A stretch of 32,000 bases of DNA from Bdellovibrionales bacterium (GTDB lineage: Bacteria; Bdellovibrionota; Bdellovibrionia; Bdellovibrionales; UBA1609): the NCBI GenBank assembly GCA_963692945.1, contig OY843585.1, positions 330,001 to 362,000 of the forward strand. The letters are read 5' to 3'. Positions 21,968-32,000 of the stretch are shown here, in pieces. The position numbers were made by a program, and so were the translations under genes. How positions within the stretch are numbered: position 1 is the first letter of the stretch; every line of letters begins with the position of its first letter. The notes beneath the pieces were generated by a model, which was given only the letters and a program-made list of their open reading frames with translations, searched no databases and had not been told where the DNA came from.

Positions 21968-22993
21968 ATGATAGGAAGTAGTCTCATGTTAGGTTTAGAA
22001 TCCGAATCTCTTTCAAAAAAAGAGCGATCTGTTTTTACCAAACAGAAAGTGGCAGGAGTGATTCTTTTCAAACGAAATTTAAAAAATTTCAAACAGATTC
22101 ATCGTTTATGCCAAGACATCAAATCCTTATCCTTAGATCATCAAGGGGAAGCCCCTTTGATAGCAATAGATATGGAGGGAGGTTCTGTCAATCGCTTGGC
22201 TCATATAAAAGAATCTCTTCCTTGGCCCTCAGCTCAAGAGCTCAGTCAAAAACCTTCCAATGAAATTTTTGAGATCGCTCAAATTCTTGGGGAACGGCTT
22301 CGGCTTTTAGGTTTTGATATCAACTTTGCTCCTGTTGTAGATCTTCCTGTTTTAGAAAGTCCTCTATTGAAAGGGCGAACTTTTGGAAACAGCCCGGAGT
22401 TCATCATAGAAAAGGCTTCGGCTTTTATGAAAGGTTTGCAGGCAGGAGGAGTGATTCCTTGTTTAAAACATTTCCCCGGTCATGGATCTGTTTTAGAAGA
22501 TTCTCATAAAGTTCTTCCAAAAGATTTTCGTTTGTTGAAAGATTTAGAACCTCAGCTCAGGATTTTTGAAACCCTTTTTCAACACAACCCTGTTTGTGTT
22601 ATGACGGCTCATATTGAATTTCCTAATATTGAAAAAACTCCAGCCAGTTTCTCGCAGATTCTTTTACAAGAAGAGTTAAAAAAGAAGAGAGGTTTTTCAG
22701 GTTTACTTGTTTCAGATGATATAGATATGGCTGCTTTAGATTCTTTTTCTCCAGGAGAAAGAGTGGCAAGGTCTCTTAGAGGAGGTTGTCATTTGATTTT
22801 AATTTGTCAAAAAGAAGAAACTTACATGGAGGTCTTTAGATATTTTGAAAATCATCCAGAGATTCAAAAAGAATTAGAGCCTTTGATAAAACTTTCTTGC
22901 CAAAAAATATCCGATTTAAAAAAAGAGCAGAAAAAAATTCCCTCGTTATCTTGGGAAGATGTTTTCCAGAAATTATCTTCTAAAAAGTATTAA
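21968..22993 (+). CDS. nagZ: Beta-N-acetylhexosaminidase (GH3, NagZ-like)
   Basis: IAIDMEGGSVNRL, NFAPVVDL, KHFPGHGSVLEDSHKVLP and LLVSDDIDMAAL. AGGAG lies upstream of the ATG. Confidence 0.8.
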   Translation: MIGSSLMLGLESESLSKKERSVFTKQKVAGVILFKRNLKNFKQIHRLCQDIKSLSLDHQGEAPLIAIDMEGGSVNRLAHIKESLPWPSAQELSQKPSNEIFEIAQILGERLRLLGFDINFAPVVDLPVLESPLLKGRTFGNSPEFIIEKASAFMKGLQAGGVIPCLKHFPGHGSVLEDSHKVLPKDFRLLKDLEPQLRIFETLFQHNPVCVMTAHIEFPNIEKTPASFSQILLQEELKKKRGFSGLLVSDDIDMAALDSFSPGERVARSLRGGCHLILICQKEETYMEVFRYFENHPEIQKELEPLIKLSCQKISDLKKEQKKIPSLSWEDVFQKLSSKKY

Positions 22994-23075
22994 AAACATA
23001 AATTTTAAAGTCTAGATTTTTTTAAGAATCCTTACCAAAAAGTTTTTTTCTTGTATCTTAAAAAAAGAGGCTTTA

Positions 23076-24032
23076 ATGAATTTAAGACTGTTTATTTATG
23101 TTTCTATTTTTATACATATTATAGGTGGAGCCGCTATTTTCTTGCATTATCGCCCTTTCAACAAGGCTCCAGAAGTTGTGAGTTCTTTTGAAGAAGAGTT
23201 GAATTTAGAAGAGAAAAATCTTTCTTTTCAAAAACCTAAAAAACAAAAACTCTTTCAAGCTAAAAAAATTAAAAAGAAACCAACAAAAAAACCTGTTTCA
23301 AAAAATCTTCCAGCAAAATCCTCTCTTACTAAAATGGAACCTTCTTTTATTAAAATTCCAGTTCCTAAAGCAGCTCTTCCTGAGGCTCCTCTATCCGGGG
23401 CGATAAAGGATTTGCAAGATGTGAGCCCACTTTCTCAACCAGAACCACCAGTGATAAAAGTTTCTGAGGAGGACAAAGAAGTTCAACAGGTTGCGAAGAC
23501 ACCAGAAGAGATAGAAGATATGGAAGAGGTAGAAGAGGAGGAGGCTCCAAAAGAAAAAGTTTCAAAGACTCCACCACCAAAGCTAGAACCAGAAGTCACA
23601 GAAGCTCAAAAGGTCGCAAAAACACTCAAAGAGATGGAGATGGAAGCTATGGAAGAAATAGAAGAGGAAGAAAAGGGTGTTGGAGAATCGGCTCAAGACA
23701 AAAACAAATCTAAAGTTAAAAACTTTTTTGATTTAAAGCAAAAGAGAGGAAATCCAGAAATCACTTATCCAGAATTTGCGAGAAAAAAAGGACTTCAGGG
23801 AAAAATAATTATCCGTTATTATGTTACAAAAGAGGGTTTGGTAGATCAAATCTCTTTGAGGCAATCCTCAGGTCATTCTGAAATGGACAACTATGTTTTA
23901 AGGCTACTAGCTCGTTATGAATTTTTACCCAATCAAGAAACTTGGATTGAACATGAAGTGAATTTTGTTTTAAAAGGTAAAGAAAAAGAAAGATTGCAAT
24001 TACGAAAAAAGGACGACCCTTCAAAAAACTAA
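23076..24032 (+). CDS. TonB-like energy transducer
   Basis: N-terminal TM anchor, a long Pro/Glu/Lys-rich spacer, and a C-terminal TonB_C-like ITYPEFARKKGLQGKIIIRYYVTKEGLVDQISLRQSSGHSEMDNYVLRLL. Confidence 0.7.
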   Translation: MNLRLFIYVSIFIHIIGGAAIFLHYRPFNKAPEVVSSFEEELNLEEKNLSFQKPKKQKLFQAKKIKKKPTKKPVSKNLPAKSSLTKMEPSFIKIPVPKAALPEAPLSGAIKDLQDVSPLSQPEPPVIKVSEEDKEVQQVAKTPEEIEDMEEVEEEEAPKEKVSKTPPPKLEPEVTEAQKVAKTLKEMEMEAMEEIEEEEKGVGESAQDKNKSKVKNFFDLKQKRGNPEITYPEFARKKGLQGKIIIRYYVTKEGLVDQISLRQSSGHSEMDNYVLRLLARYEFLPNQETWIEHEVNFVLKGKEKERLQLRKKDDPSKN

Positions 24033-24036
24033 GAGA

Positions 24037-24816
24037 TCAAATCAAAAGCTTGAAAATAAGAACATGCTGAAAAATAAAATGATCTTTTTCTATTCCATAA
24101 TCTAATTGCAACCGAGGTCCATAAAAAGAAAGACCGGCTCCATACACAACTTCTTTTGTTTGAAAATTCCAAGTGCTTCCTACTCTCAAAGATAAAAATC
24201 TTTTAAACAAAGTTTCAAAGGCTCCTCTTGCAATCCATTTGTCTTTTTGTGAGTAAGAAAAGTCTGTGCGAATACTAAAAGTGTTCAAGAGTTTTTGGTA
24301 GAAACCTAAAGTTGCAGATCGGTTGTTGATATTATCATTGATGAGAAGTTCATTTAAAGTCAGACCAATTCCTGTTTGAGGGCTTACGCGTAAAAGAGCT
24401 CCTAAGCTTCCATTCCAAAAAGTATCTTTTGTGTGTTTTTTCAAAGTTTCTCTGCGAGCTGTAATACCAAAAGCAAGAAATGGATTTAGAGCTGTTCCTA
24501 AAGAAACATGGAGGTGATCTTTATCACTTTTCATAAAACGAGAAGTCCAATATCTTTCATAATTTATACTTAGAGGAATTCCTGTATTAAGATCTGTAAC
24601 AACTAAACTCATCATTTGATTCTGCTCTTTTATAGTGTAGGCAAGAGCGGACTTGGATCGTTTATGAAAACCAAGAGTTGCGGGGTTTAAAATTTGAGAA
24701 AAATCTTCGGATAAAGAGCCCACTCCAGTATGGCTATAAGACAGATGAAAAGGAGCTGATAAGCGAGCAAAGGAGCTGGGTCCTATAAATAGAAAAATCA
24801 GTAAAAAATATTTCAT
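24037..24816 (-). CDS. Hypothetical outer-membrane beta-barrel-like protein
   Basis: Signal peptide MKYFLLIFLFIGPSSFA. The remainder alternates hydrophobic residues with frequent aromatic/Gly strand ends. No family recognised. Confidence 0.45.
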   Translation of the reverse strand: MKYFLLIFLFIGPSSFARLSAPFHLSYSHTGVGSLSEDFSQILNPATLGFHKRSKSALAYTIKEQNQMMSLVVTDLNTGIPLSINYERYWTSRFMKSDKDHLHVSLGTALNPFLAFGITARRETLKKHTKDTFWNGSLGALLRVSPQTGIGLTLNELLINDNINNRSATLGFYQKLLNTFSIRTDFSYSQKDKWIARGAFETLFKRFLSLRVGSTWNFQTKEVVYGAGLSFYGPRLQLDYGIEKDHFIFQHVLIFKLLI

Positions 24817-25060
24817 AAAATAAATCTCTCTATTCAAAGATTCCTCTAAAAATTTCTATCTGTCAAAACATAGATTTTTTATGCTCAAGGGTTATAAAAA
24901 AAGCTTAAAAAAGAATGAAATCCTTTTCTTGTAAAATAAAGCCTTATTTTTTAAGACAGCTCTCTTTTTGTAACTTTTATAAAAAACAAAAAGGACTTAC
25001 ACAAACAGATAAATAACTTGGACAGGTAGTAGAAGAATCAAGAATAAAGGAATAAAAAAA

Positions 25061-26233
25061 CTATCTTTTTACACAAACGGATAAATAACTTGGACAGAAA
25101 CGACCTCGACCTCCATTAAGGTGCGTGCATTTTTCATTTTCATCAAACTCTATCCGGTACATATTTTGTATTCCTGCATAACAATTGCTTCTAGTATCTT
25201 TAGGGACTATACAAGCTTTTCCTGTGCCTTCAAATTGCTCATTTTGAAAAATATGTGTTTCTCCCATAGTGAAAGAAGATCTTGTAAGGACCCTTTCTAG
25301 AAGCTTTCTATCTCTTTGTTTTGGAATTCTGTTTGATTCTAAACAGATTCCCTCTGTAGTTAGCTTTTTTTGAATAAAAAAAGGAGTGTTATTACTATAA
25401 ATGTATTCGGTTAAACTTCTATGTCTATGAATTAGAAAGCGAAGATTTTCAGGGCAATCCCAATCCTTTTCTGATTTTTCATTTGTGGATAAATTTCTTT
25501 CTTCAATTTTTTCTAAATAGCTGGTCCCATTTTCTCCTCCATCAAGGAAAGCATCGTAGGTTTTACCATAGAAGATACCAGGTTTTTGTTGGATAGGTTT
25601 TTTGTCGTTTTTACTATAAGTTAGAGTGAAAATGTAATTGTTACCAATGTGAGATTTAACAGTGGGGAGATGCTGTCTGGTAATAGGGACAATGGCTTCA
25701 AGATCTCTGTTTGGAGCTATACTTGAGGCTTTATACTGAGTTGTTATTTGATCTACAAATGCAGGATGAGAAAAGAGAGGATAAAAAAATCCGTAAAATT
25801 TGCCTGTACCATTTAGTGCTACAGCACTTTCAGGATTTCCTCTAGCACTAAAACCTATTTGTGCTTTTGTATTAAGATGAGGAGAGTTTCTTATTTGAGT
25901 ATTGATTTCTTGTGCTGTGTAAGGAGTTACATTATTTAGAAAAGGTTTTGAAAGTTTTATACCTTCAAAATAGGAAGCAAATTTAAAAGCAAAGAAGTTA
26001 GGATCTTGTAAAGCTAAAGCTCCAGGGCAATCCATAAAAGCGATGGTGTCAACCACCAAATCAAAAGGATAAGAGAGGTTTTTTTGTCGTGCATCTATAG
26101 TTGCACCTTGAGAAGGGAATTCTAGTGGTGTATTAGGAGGAAGAGGGTTGTTGACTTGAGGAGGCTGATAGACGCTACAAGAAACCCCTACAGTCACAAA
26201 AGAAAAAACAAAAATTTTTTTTATTAAACTCAT
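25061..26233 (-). CDS. Hypothetical Cys-containing lipoprotein (390 aa)
   Basis: Signal peptide ending in the lipobox-like VGVSC. No motif recognised. Confidence 0.55.
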   Translation of the reverse strand: MSLIKKIFVFSFVTVGVSCSVYQPPQVNNPLPPNTPLEFPSQGATIDARQKNLSYPFDLVVDTIAFMDCPGALALQDPNFFAFKFASYFEGIKLSKPFLNNVTPYTAQEINTQIRNSPHLNTKAQIGFSARGNPESAVALNGTGKFYGFFYPLFSHPAFVDQITTQYKASSIAPNRDLEAIVPITRQHLPTVKSHIGNNYIFTLTYSKNDKKPIQQKPGIFYGKTYDAFLDGGENGTSYLEKIEERNLSTNEKSEKDWDCPENLRFLIHRHRSLTEYIYSNNTPFFIQKKLTTEGICLESNRIPKQRDRKLLERVLTRSSFTMGETHIFQNEQFEGTGKACIVPKDTRSNCYAGIQNMYRIEFDENEKCTHLNGGRGRFCPSYLSVCVKR

Positions 26234-26337
26234 AAAACAACTCTGTTATATATAATCGGCAAAATGAAGTTTGAAATAAAGGGTTTTTTCATAAATTAAG
26301 TTGGTTTATAGTAGAATTTAAGGAATTGAAATAAAAA

Positions 26338-28314
26338 ATGTTAAAAAAAGGTTATTACTATGAAGTTGCGCTCAAAAGTCCCCTCTTTAAAACCTTAACT
26401 TACAGGTCTCTTGAACCCTTGTCCTTAGGTCAAAAAGTCCAAGTTTCTATGGGTAAAAAGAGATTATCGGCTGTTATTATTAAAGAAGACCCTGAAGCTC
26501 ATAAGTATAAAAATCTAAAAACACTTTTAAAAGTGGAGAAAGACTTTCCTCCTCTAAGTGAGCAACGATTGAAATGGTTGAAATGGTTGAGTCGTTACTA
26601 CTATTATCCTCTAGGTCTTATTGCAGACCTTAGCTTCCCTCCCCTTTCTTTTAAAGAAAAAAAACCTGAGACTTCAAAAAACTCCAATGGGGTAGAGAAA
26701 AAATCTGTTATTGAATTGAATGAACCACAAAAAGAATGCGTTAAAATGATTCTAGAAGATTTAAAATTTAAAACTCATTTGCTTTACGGAGTGACAGGGA
26801 GTGGAAAAACAGAAGTGTATAAAACTCTAGCTGAAGAGATGTTAAAACAAAAAAAGCAAGTTTTAGTTCTTCTTCCTGAAATTTTTTTGACTCCACAAAT
26901 TGTGGCAAGATTTTCTGCAAAATTTCCTGACCAAGTGGTTGTCCTTCATTCTCAAATTACGCCTAGAAAAAAAACGGAAACTTGGGAGCAGATTTTATTA
27001 CAAAAAAAACAAATTCTCATAGGAACTCGCTCTGCTCTTTTTTGTCCTATTCCTAATTTAGGAATGATTATTGTGGATGAAGAGCATGACGGAAGTTTCA
27101 AACAGGAAGAAAAATTTAGATACCATGCAAGAGATAGTGCTATTGTTCTTGCTAAAGAATTGGATATACCTATTGTTTTGGGTTCAGCCACTCCCAGTTT
27201 ATCTTCTTGGTATCAAGCCGATAAAGGAGTGTATAAACTGCATAAACTCAAAGAGCGTGCTTTTAAACAATCTTTGCCCTTAGTGAGTATTGTGGATTTA
27301 AGAAACAACAACAAAAAAGAGGGAAGGCCTTTTTGGTTCAGTGAAGAACTTTTTTCAAAGATGCAAAAAACTTTAGACGAAAAAAAACAAGTGGCTCTTT
27401 TTTTAAATCGTAGAGGAGTTGCAAATTCTTTAATGTGTTCAAGCTGTGGACACACTTTAACTTGTCCTAATTGTGATATCACATTGACTCTTCATAAAGG
27501 GAATCACCTCTTATGTCATTATTGTGCTTACATGGAGGGAAAACCAGAAAGATGTTCTAGCTGTCAAGAAAGTAAGTGGTTTGAAAAAGGCTTGGGAACA
27601 GAAGGGGTTGAACAATTTATGAAAACTTTATTTCCTGAAGTAAAAATCATAAGAGCCGATAGAGATGCTATTGATTCCCGAGAAGAGATGGAAAATTTTA
27701 TGAAAGTTGTAGAAAAACGAGAGGCTCAAATCATTATAGGCACTCAAATGCTTTCTAAAGGTTTAGACTTTCCGTCTATTCAATTGGTGGGACTTTTATT
27801 GGCTGATATGGGATTTCATTTTCCTGATTTTAGAGCGACAGAAAGGACGATGCAGATTTTATTGCAAATGGCAGGAAGAGCAGGAAGAAAAGAGGGTGGA
27901 GAAGTTCTAGTTCAAACATTCAATCCCGATCACTTGAGTTTAAGTTTTATGAAAGGTCATGATTATGAAGCCTTTTTCCGAGAAGAATTAAAGATTCGAA
28001 AAAAACTCTTTTATCCTCCTTTTTCTCGCCTTTGTTTGTTGGAAATAGATAGTCTTAAAGAAAAAGAAGGGAAGCAGTTTGCAGATCAATTGGTTCAATT
28101 GGCTCAAAAGAAAAAACCTGCAAGTGGTATGGTTATTTTAGGGGCTAGTCCAGCCCCTATTTTTAAAATCAAAAATCGCTACCGTTTTCAAATTTTGATA
28201 AAGAGTCTTCACCATGGACTTCTTCAGAATTTTTTAGACCCTTTTTTAAAATCCTTTAAAGAGAAACCTTTTGTCCGAGTGAAATTGGATCGGGACCCAG
28301 GTTCTATGATTTGA
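26338..28314 (+). CDS. priA: Primosomal protein N' (replication restart helicase PriA)
   Basis: Walker A GVTGSGKTEVY, DEEH box IIVDEEHD, the Cys-rich zinc region CSSCGHTLTCPNCDITLTLHKGNHLLCHYCAYMEGKPERCSSC, and QMAGRAGR. Confidence 0.92.
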   Translation: MLKKGYYYEVALKSPLFKTLTYRSLEPLSLGQKVQVSMGKKRLSAVIIKEDPEAHKYKNLKTLLKVEKDFPPLSEQRLKWLKWLSRYYYYPLGLIADLSFPPLSFKEKKPETSKNSNGVEKKSVIELNEPQKECVKMILEDLKFKTHLLYGVTGSGKTEVYKTLAEEMLKQKKQVLVLLPEIFLTPQIVARFSAKFPDQVVVLHSQITPRKKTETWEQILLQKKQILIGTRSALFCPIPNLGMIIVDEEHDGSFKQEEKFRYHARDSAIVLAKELDIPIVLGSATPSLSSWYQADKGVYKLHKLKERAFKQSLPLVSIVDLRNNNKKEGRPFWFSEELFSKMQKTLDEKKQVALFLNRRGVANSLMCSSCGHTLTCPNCDITLTLHKGNHLLCHYCAYMEGKPERCSSCQESKWFEKGLGTEGVEQFMKTLFPEVKIIRADRDAIDSREEMENFMKVVEKREAQIIIGTQMLSKGLDFPSIQLVGLLLADMGFHFPDFRATERTMQILLQMAGRAGRKEGGEVLVQTFNPDHLSLSFMKGHDYEAFFREELKIRKKLFYPPFSRLCLLEIDSLKEKEGKQFADQLVQLAQKKKPASGMVILGASPAPIFKIKNRYRFQILIKSLHHGLLQNFLDPFLKSFKEKPFVRVKLDRDPGSMI

Positions 28315-28395
28315 AAAGAATTCTTAAAATAGAAGTAAAAACTCACAAAGAGCACTTGCTTTTCTTTAAAAGTCTATGGTAGAGAAAGTAAGAAT

Positions 28396-29346
28396 ATGTC
28401 CGTGCAAGAGTTAAATATCAAAAATATGATAACAGCAGGAGTTCATTTTGGTCATGAAATCCAAAAATGGAATCCTAAAATGAAACCTTTTGTTTATGTA
28501 GAACAAGGTGGGATTCATATTATTGATCTTCAAAAAACACTTGCTTACACAAAAAAAGCTTTAAAATTTTTAGAAGAAGTGACTGCCCAAGGAGGAAAAG
28601 TCATTTTTGTAGGAACCAAAATGCAGGCTTTAGCAAGCACAAGAGAAGCCGCTGAAAAAAGTCAGCAGTTTTATGTGAATAAAAGATGGCTTGGAGGAAC
28701 TCTTACAAACTTTCTCACAATTAAAGTGAGTATTGATCGTATGAAAAAAATTCAACAAATGAAAGAGCGTTTTGATTTAGATCGTTATTCTAAAAAAGAA
28801 AGAAATAAAATTGAGAAAGAATATGTAAAAATGGACAAGTGTTTTTGTGGAATAAGAGATATGAAAGATGCTCCAGCGGCTTTATTTGTTGTAGATATTA
28901 AAAAAGAGAGGATAGCCATTAGTGAGGCGAAGCGATTGAAAATACCTGTTGTGGCTATTGTAGATACCAATTGTGATCCTACAGATATAGATTATCCTAT
29001 TCCTGGAAATGATGATTCCACTCGTTCTATCCAGTTTTTTACAGAACTTGCAGGAGAAGCCTGTAAGAGAGGTTGGGAAAAAATGGAAAAAAACTTACGT
29101 CATGGACAAGCTGTTTCTCATAAGCAAGAAGATAGTAGTGGGAAGGGTTCTAAAAGAGACGAGAGTCCAACGGTTGTTAAGTTGAATAAAAGTAGAACTC
29201 TTGTGGCAGCAGGAATGGCTGAAGATAAAGAGATTGAATTAGAATTAGATTCAGAAACAAAAGGAAGTGATGGTGTGCTAAAAGATTCCACAAAAAGTGA
29301 TGTATCTTCTAATTCTTCTGAAGAAATCAAAAAAGAAAATAAGTGA
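28396..29346 (+). CDS. rpsB: 30S ribosomal protein S2 with a ~70-80 aa acidic/Ser-rich C-terminal tail
   Basis: [19 protein letters not shown]..., [10 protein letters not shown] and [25 protein letters not shown]. Confidence 0.95.
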   Translation: MSVQELNIKNMITAGVHFGHEIQKWNPKMKPFVYVEQGGIHIIDLQKTLAYTKKALKFLEEVTAQGGKVIFVGTKMQALASTREAAEKSQQFYVNKRWLGGTLTNFLTIKVSIDRMKKIQQMKERFDLDRYSKKERNKIEKEYVKMDKCFCGIRDMKDAPAALFVVDIKKERIAISEAKRLKIPVVAIVDTNCDPTDIDYPIPGNDDSTRSIQFFTELAGEACKRGWEKMEKNLRHGQAVSHKQEDSSGKGSKRDESPTVVKLNKSRTLVAAGMAEDKEIELELDSETKGSDGVLKDSTKSDVSSNSSEEIKKENK

Positions 29347-29352
29347 ATCACT

Positions 29353-30012
29353 ATGACGGTCAACTTTGAACATGTTAAAAAGCTAAGACAACAAACGGGT
29401 GCAGGAATTATGGATTGCAAGGAAGCCTTGTCTTCTAGCAATAATGATTTTGAAAAAGCGATTGTATGGCTAAGGAAAAAAAACTTAACTCAAGTTGCTA
29501 AAAAGTCACAACGACATGCGGCAGAAGGTTTAGTGTCTTCTTATATTCATGGGGAAGGCCGTATAGGTGTTCTTGTTGAGGTGAATTCAGAAACAGATTT
29601 TGTAGCTCGTAATGAAACTTTTAAAGACTTTGTAAAATATCTAAGGTTACATATTGCTGCTATGAATCCGCTTTTTATCCGAGAAGATGAAATACCAGCG
29701 AACACCTTAGAAAAAGAAAAAAAAGTTTTTTTAGAACAAGCTCAACAAAAAACAAAAAAAGAAGAAATGGTGGCTCGTATTTCTGAAGGTCTTTATAAAA
29801 AGTGGTTGGCAGAAGTTTGTTTGTTACATCAAGAGTTTATTCGTCCAGATTTAGAAAAAAAACAAACTGTTTTAGAATCTCTTAATGAACTCATTGCCAA
29901 ACTTGGGGAAAATATTGTCATTCGTCGTTTCGTTCGTTATGAATTAGGAGAAACAGATCCAAAACAACAACTTGATTTTGCAAAAGAAGTTCAAGAAACT
30001 TTAAAGGGGTAA
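29353..30012 (+). CDS. tsf: Elongation factor Ts (short form, 219 aa)
   Basis: [19 protein letters not shown] (UBA-like N-terminus) and [20 protein letters not shown]. Confidence 0.9.
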   Translation: MTVNFEHVKKLRQQTGAGIMDCKEALSSSNNDFEKAIVWLRKKNLTQVAKKSQRHAAEGLVSSYIHGEGRIGVLVEVNSETDFVARNETFKDFVKYLRLHIAAMNPLFIREDEIPANTLEKEKKVFLEQAQQKTKKEEMVARISEGLYKKWLAEVCLLHQEFIRPDLEKKQTVLESLNELIAKLGENIVIRRFVRYELGETDPKQQLDFAKEVQETLKG

Positions 30013-30017
30013 CATTT

Positions 30018-30746
30018 TTGCCCGCTACTAAACCTATTTATAAAAGAATTCTGTTAAAAATCAGCGGAGAAGCTCTTGCTGGAGACAAAGGCTTTGGAAT
30101 CAATGGTCAAGTTCTCAGGCAAGTTGCCTCAGACCTTAAGGCTGCTAAAAATCTTGGTATTCAAATTGCTGTTGTTATTGGAGGTGGTAATATTTTTCGT
30201 GGCTTATCGGCTGCGGAAGAGGGAATGGATAGAGTCAATTGTGATTATATGGGAATGTTAGCCACTTGTATCAATGCCTTAGCTTTACAAGATGTTTTAG
30301 AACAGCAAGGAGTTTCCACACGAGTTATGTCTGCTATTGAATTATCAGACATTGCGGAACCTTATATTCGTCGCCGAGCTCTTCGTCATTTAGAAAAAGA
30401 AAGACTTCTTATTTTTTCCGGTGGCACAGGTAACCCTTACTTCACAACGGATACGGCAGCCTCTCTTAGAGCGATGGAGATTGAGGCCGAAGTTCTTTTG
30501 AAAGCGACAAAAGTGGATGGTGTTTTTGATAAAGACCCTGAAAAAAATAAAAACAGTAAAAAGTTTGCTAAAATCAGCTATATAGATGTTCTCAACAAAG
30601 AATTAAAAATTATGGATTCAGCAGCTATCAGTTTATGTATGGATAATAGATTAACTTTAATTGCATTTAATTTAAAACACAAAGGCAATTTAGTGAAAGT
30701 TGTTTGTGGAGAAAAAATAGGTACAATTATTAATCATCAAGGTTAA
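30018..30746 (+). CDS. pyrH: UMP kinase
   Basis: [24 protein letters not shown] and [19 protein letters not shown] start 8 nt after AAGGGG. Confidence 0.95.
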   Translation: MPATKPIYKRILLKISGEALAGDKGFGINGQVLRQVASDLKAAKNLGIQIAVVIGGGNIFRGLSAAEEGMDRVNCDYMGMLATCINALALQDVLEQQGVSTRVMSAIELSDIAEPYIRRRALRHLEKERLLIFSGGTGNPYFTTDTAASLRAMEIEAEVLLKATKVDGVFDKDPEKNKNSKKFAKISYIDVLNKELKIMDSAAISLCMDNRLTLIAFNLKHKGNLVKVVCGEKIGTIINHQG

Positions 30747-30760
30747 ATAGAGGAGGTAGA

Positions 30761-31315
30761 ATGGAAGAGCAAAAACAAAAGGCTATAAAAAAAATGGAAG
30801 ATAATATAGAATCTTTTAGCTCTCGTTTACGTAAAATGCGAACAGGGCGAGCTCAAACCTCTTTGTTAGAAAGTATAAAAGTTCTCTACTATGGAGTTTT
30901 AACTCCTCTTTCTCAAATAGCTACCATTTCTGTTCCATCCCCTCGTAGTCTTGTTATCACTGCTTTTGATATAAAATCTTTGAAAGATATAGAGCAAGCC
31001 TTAGTCAAAGCCAATTTGGGATTAACTCCTCAAAATGATGGAAAATTGATACGACTTACAGTTCCTGAATTAACAGAAGAGAGAAGGAAAGATTTAGTGA
31101 AAGAGATTAAAAAAGAAGCTGAAAAATGCCGTGTGGATTTAAGAAACAATCGCCGAATCAGTAATGATGAAGTTAAAAAATCAGTTAAAGATAAAATCCT
31201 TAGTGAAGATGATCACAAACGATGGAATGAAGAGATTCAAAAAATAACTGATAAATTTATGGCTCAAGTTGAAACTATCTTAGAAGTAAAAGAAAAAGAA
31301 ATTATGGAGATTTGA
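30761..31315 (+). CDS. frr: Ribosome recycling factor
   Basis: LRKMRTGRAQTSLLE, ITAFD, GLTPQNDG..IRLTVPELTEERRKDLVK and RNNRR. Confidence 0.95.
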   Translation: MEEQKQKAIKKMEDNIESFSSRLRKMRTGRAQTSLLESIKVLYYGVLTPLSQIATISVPSPRSLVITAFDIKSLKDIEQALVKANLGLTPQNDGKLIRLTVPELTEERRKDLVKEIKKEAEKCRVDLRNNRRISNDEVKKSVKDKILSEDDHKRWNEEIQKITDKFMAQVETILEVKEKEIMEI

Positions 31316-31319
31316 GATT

Positions 31320-32000
31320 TTGTTAAAGCAAGACTCTTTAAAACATCTTGCCATTATAATGGATGGCAATGGTCGTTGGGCAAGTCAAAGAAATCATAGA
31401 AGACTTTTTGGTCATGTTAAAGGAGCCAAAACAGCTCAATCTATTATTTTTAAATGTTTGGATTTAAAAATTCCTTACTTGAGTCTTTTTACTTTAAGTA
31501 CAGAAAACACTTTGAGACCAGAGTCAGAGATTCGAGACCTCACCCATCTTTTTGAAAAAATAATTTTTAAGCATACAAAACAATTCATTGAGAAAGATAT
31601 ACAGCTTCATATTTTAGGTGATATTTCTATTTTTCCTTCTAAACTTCAAACCGATTTAAAGGCGATTCAAAAAAAGACGAAATCCAATAAAGGATTAAAC
31701 CTTATCGTTGCTTTAAACTACGGAGGTCGGCAAGAGATTGTAAATGGAGCTAAAAAACTAGTTCAAAAAATTCAGTCGGGAGATTTAAAAATAAATGAAT
31801 TAACAGAAAGTCAATTTGGCGAGCTTCTTTCTTCTTCTCAGTTTCCAACTCCTGATTTAATTATTAGAACGGGAGGGAATTTGCGACTTTCTAATTTTTA
31901 TTTATGGTCATCAGCCTATTCAGAGTTTTATTTTACAGAGACTTTATGGCCTGATTTTGATGAGAAATGCCTAGACTTAGCTCTTCAAAAATACTCTGTT
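31320..32000 (+). CDS. uppS: Undecaprenyl-diphosphate synthase (3' end beyond the window)
   Basis: Open frame from TTG 31320 (GGAG 10 nt upstream) to the window edge. Encodes HLAIIMDGNGRWA, ...STEN..RP..E..., LNYGGRQEIV and DLIIRTGGNLRLSNFYLWSSAYSEFYFTETLWPDF. Not listed in the ORF track because it has no stop within the window. Confidence 0.9.
   Translation, partial: MLKQDSLKHLAIIMDGNGRWASQRNHRRLFGHVKGAKTAQSIIFKCLDLKIPYLSLFTLSTENTLRPESEIRDLTHLFEKIIFKHTKQFIEKDIQLHILGDISIFPSKLQTDLKAIQKKTKSNKGLNLIVALNYGGRQEIVNGAKKLVQKIQSGDLKINELTESQFGELLSSSQFPTPDLIIRTGGNLRLSNFYLWSSAYSEFYFTETLWPDFDEKCLDLALQKYSV

Noticed and set aside
29100-29346. Long acidic/Ser-rich C-terminal tail on ribosomal protein S2
   Set aside because: Low-complexity C-terminal extensions of S2 occur in several bacterial lineages. 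Nothing in the sequence suggests a fused domain or a frameshift.
29353-30012. Short EF-Ts (219 aa) as a possible truncation
   Set aside because: Short-form EF-Ts of about 200 aa is normal in several phyla. The ORF is intact, tightly packed between rpsB and pyrH, and keeps the N-terminal UBA-like and core motifs.
1-32000. Search by eye for rRNA, tRNA, tmRNA, integrase, phage or conjugation genes
   Set aside because: None recognised. The longer intergenic regions (2612-2855, 7319-7922, 24817-25060) show no cloverleaf-like structure or conserved tRNA boxes. A covariance-model scan (tRNAscan-SE, Infernal/Rfam) would be needed to exclude small RNAs.

Overview
AT-rich (by eye about one-third G+C) chromosomal segment from a bacterium with a Gram-negative-type envelope (BamD, TonB, an outer-membrane barrel candidate, lipoproteins). 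I cannot place the taxon from sequence alone. The right half (20-32 kb) is ordinary housekeeping DNA: a peptide-type ABC permease pair, nagZ, a TonB-like gene, priA, and the conserved rpsB-tsf-pyrH-frr-uppS block. The left and middle parts carry three unusual layers. (1) At 2.8-7.3 kb, a minus-strand operon encodes three signal-peptide proteins of unknown family, two of them clear paralogs. It carries several simple-sequence repeats: a G11 tract 7 nt upstream of a start codon, a hexamer repeat inside a signal peptide, and a heptamer array in a leader. It also holds three tandem ~130-bp intergenic repeats, each with a Shine-Dalgarno (SD) site and a ~45-codon ORF joined by TAATG stop/start overlaps. 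(2) At 7.9-9.7 kb, an Rpn/YhgA-type PD-(D/E)XK nuclease gene has a strong internal SD+ATG in front of its C-terminal domain. Two further free-standing tandem copies of that C-terminal cassette follow, with identical heads and tails and linkers of different length built on a 4-residue period. (3) Between 7.5 and 17.9 kb, six intergenic clusters hold a modular hairpin repeat family with a conserved ~27-nt core (about 10 copies). The element termini, (TAA)CAAAACTCT(A/C)G, abut or supply the stop codons of seven genes. The clusters bracket the Rpn locus and two ~95% identical DUF3782-like PD-(D/E)XK genes. No rRNA, tRNA, CRISPR array, integrase or classical IS was recognised. Protein family calls come from motif recognition by eye, not from database searches.
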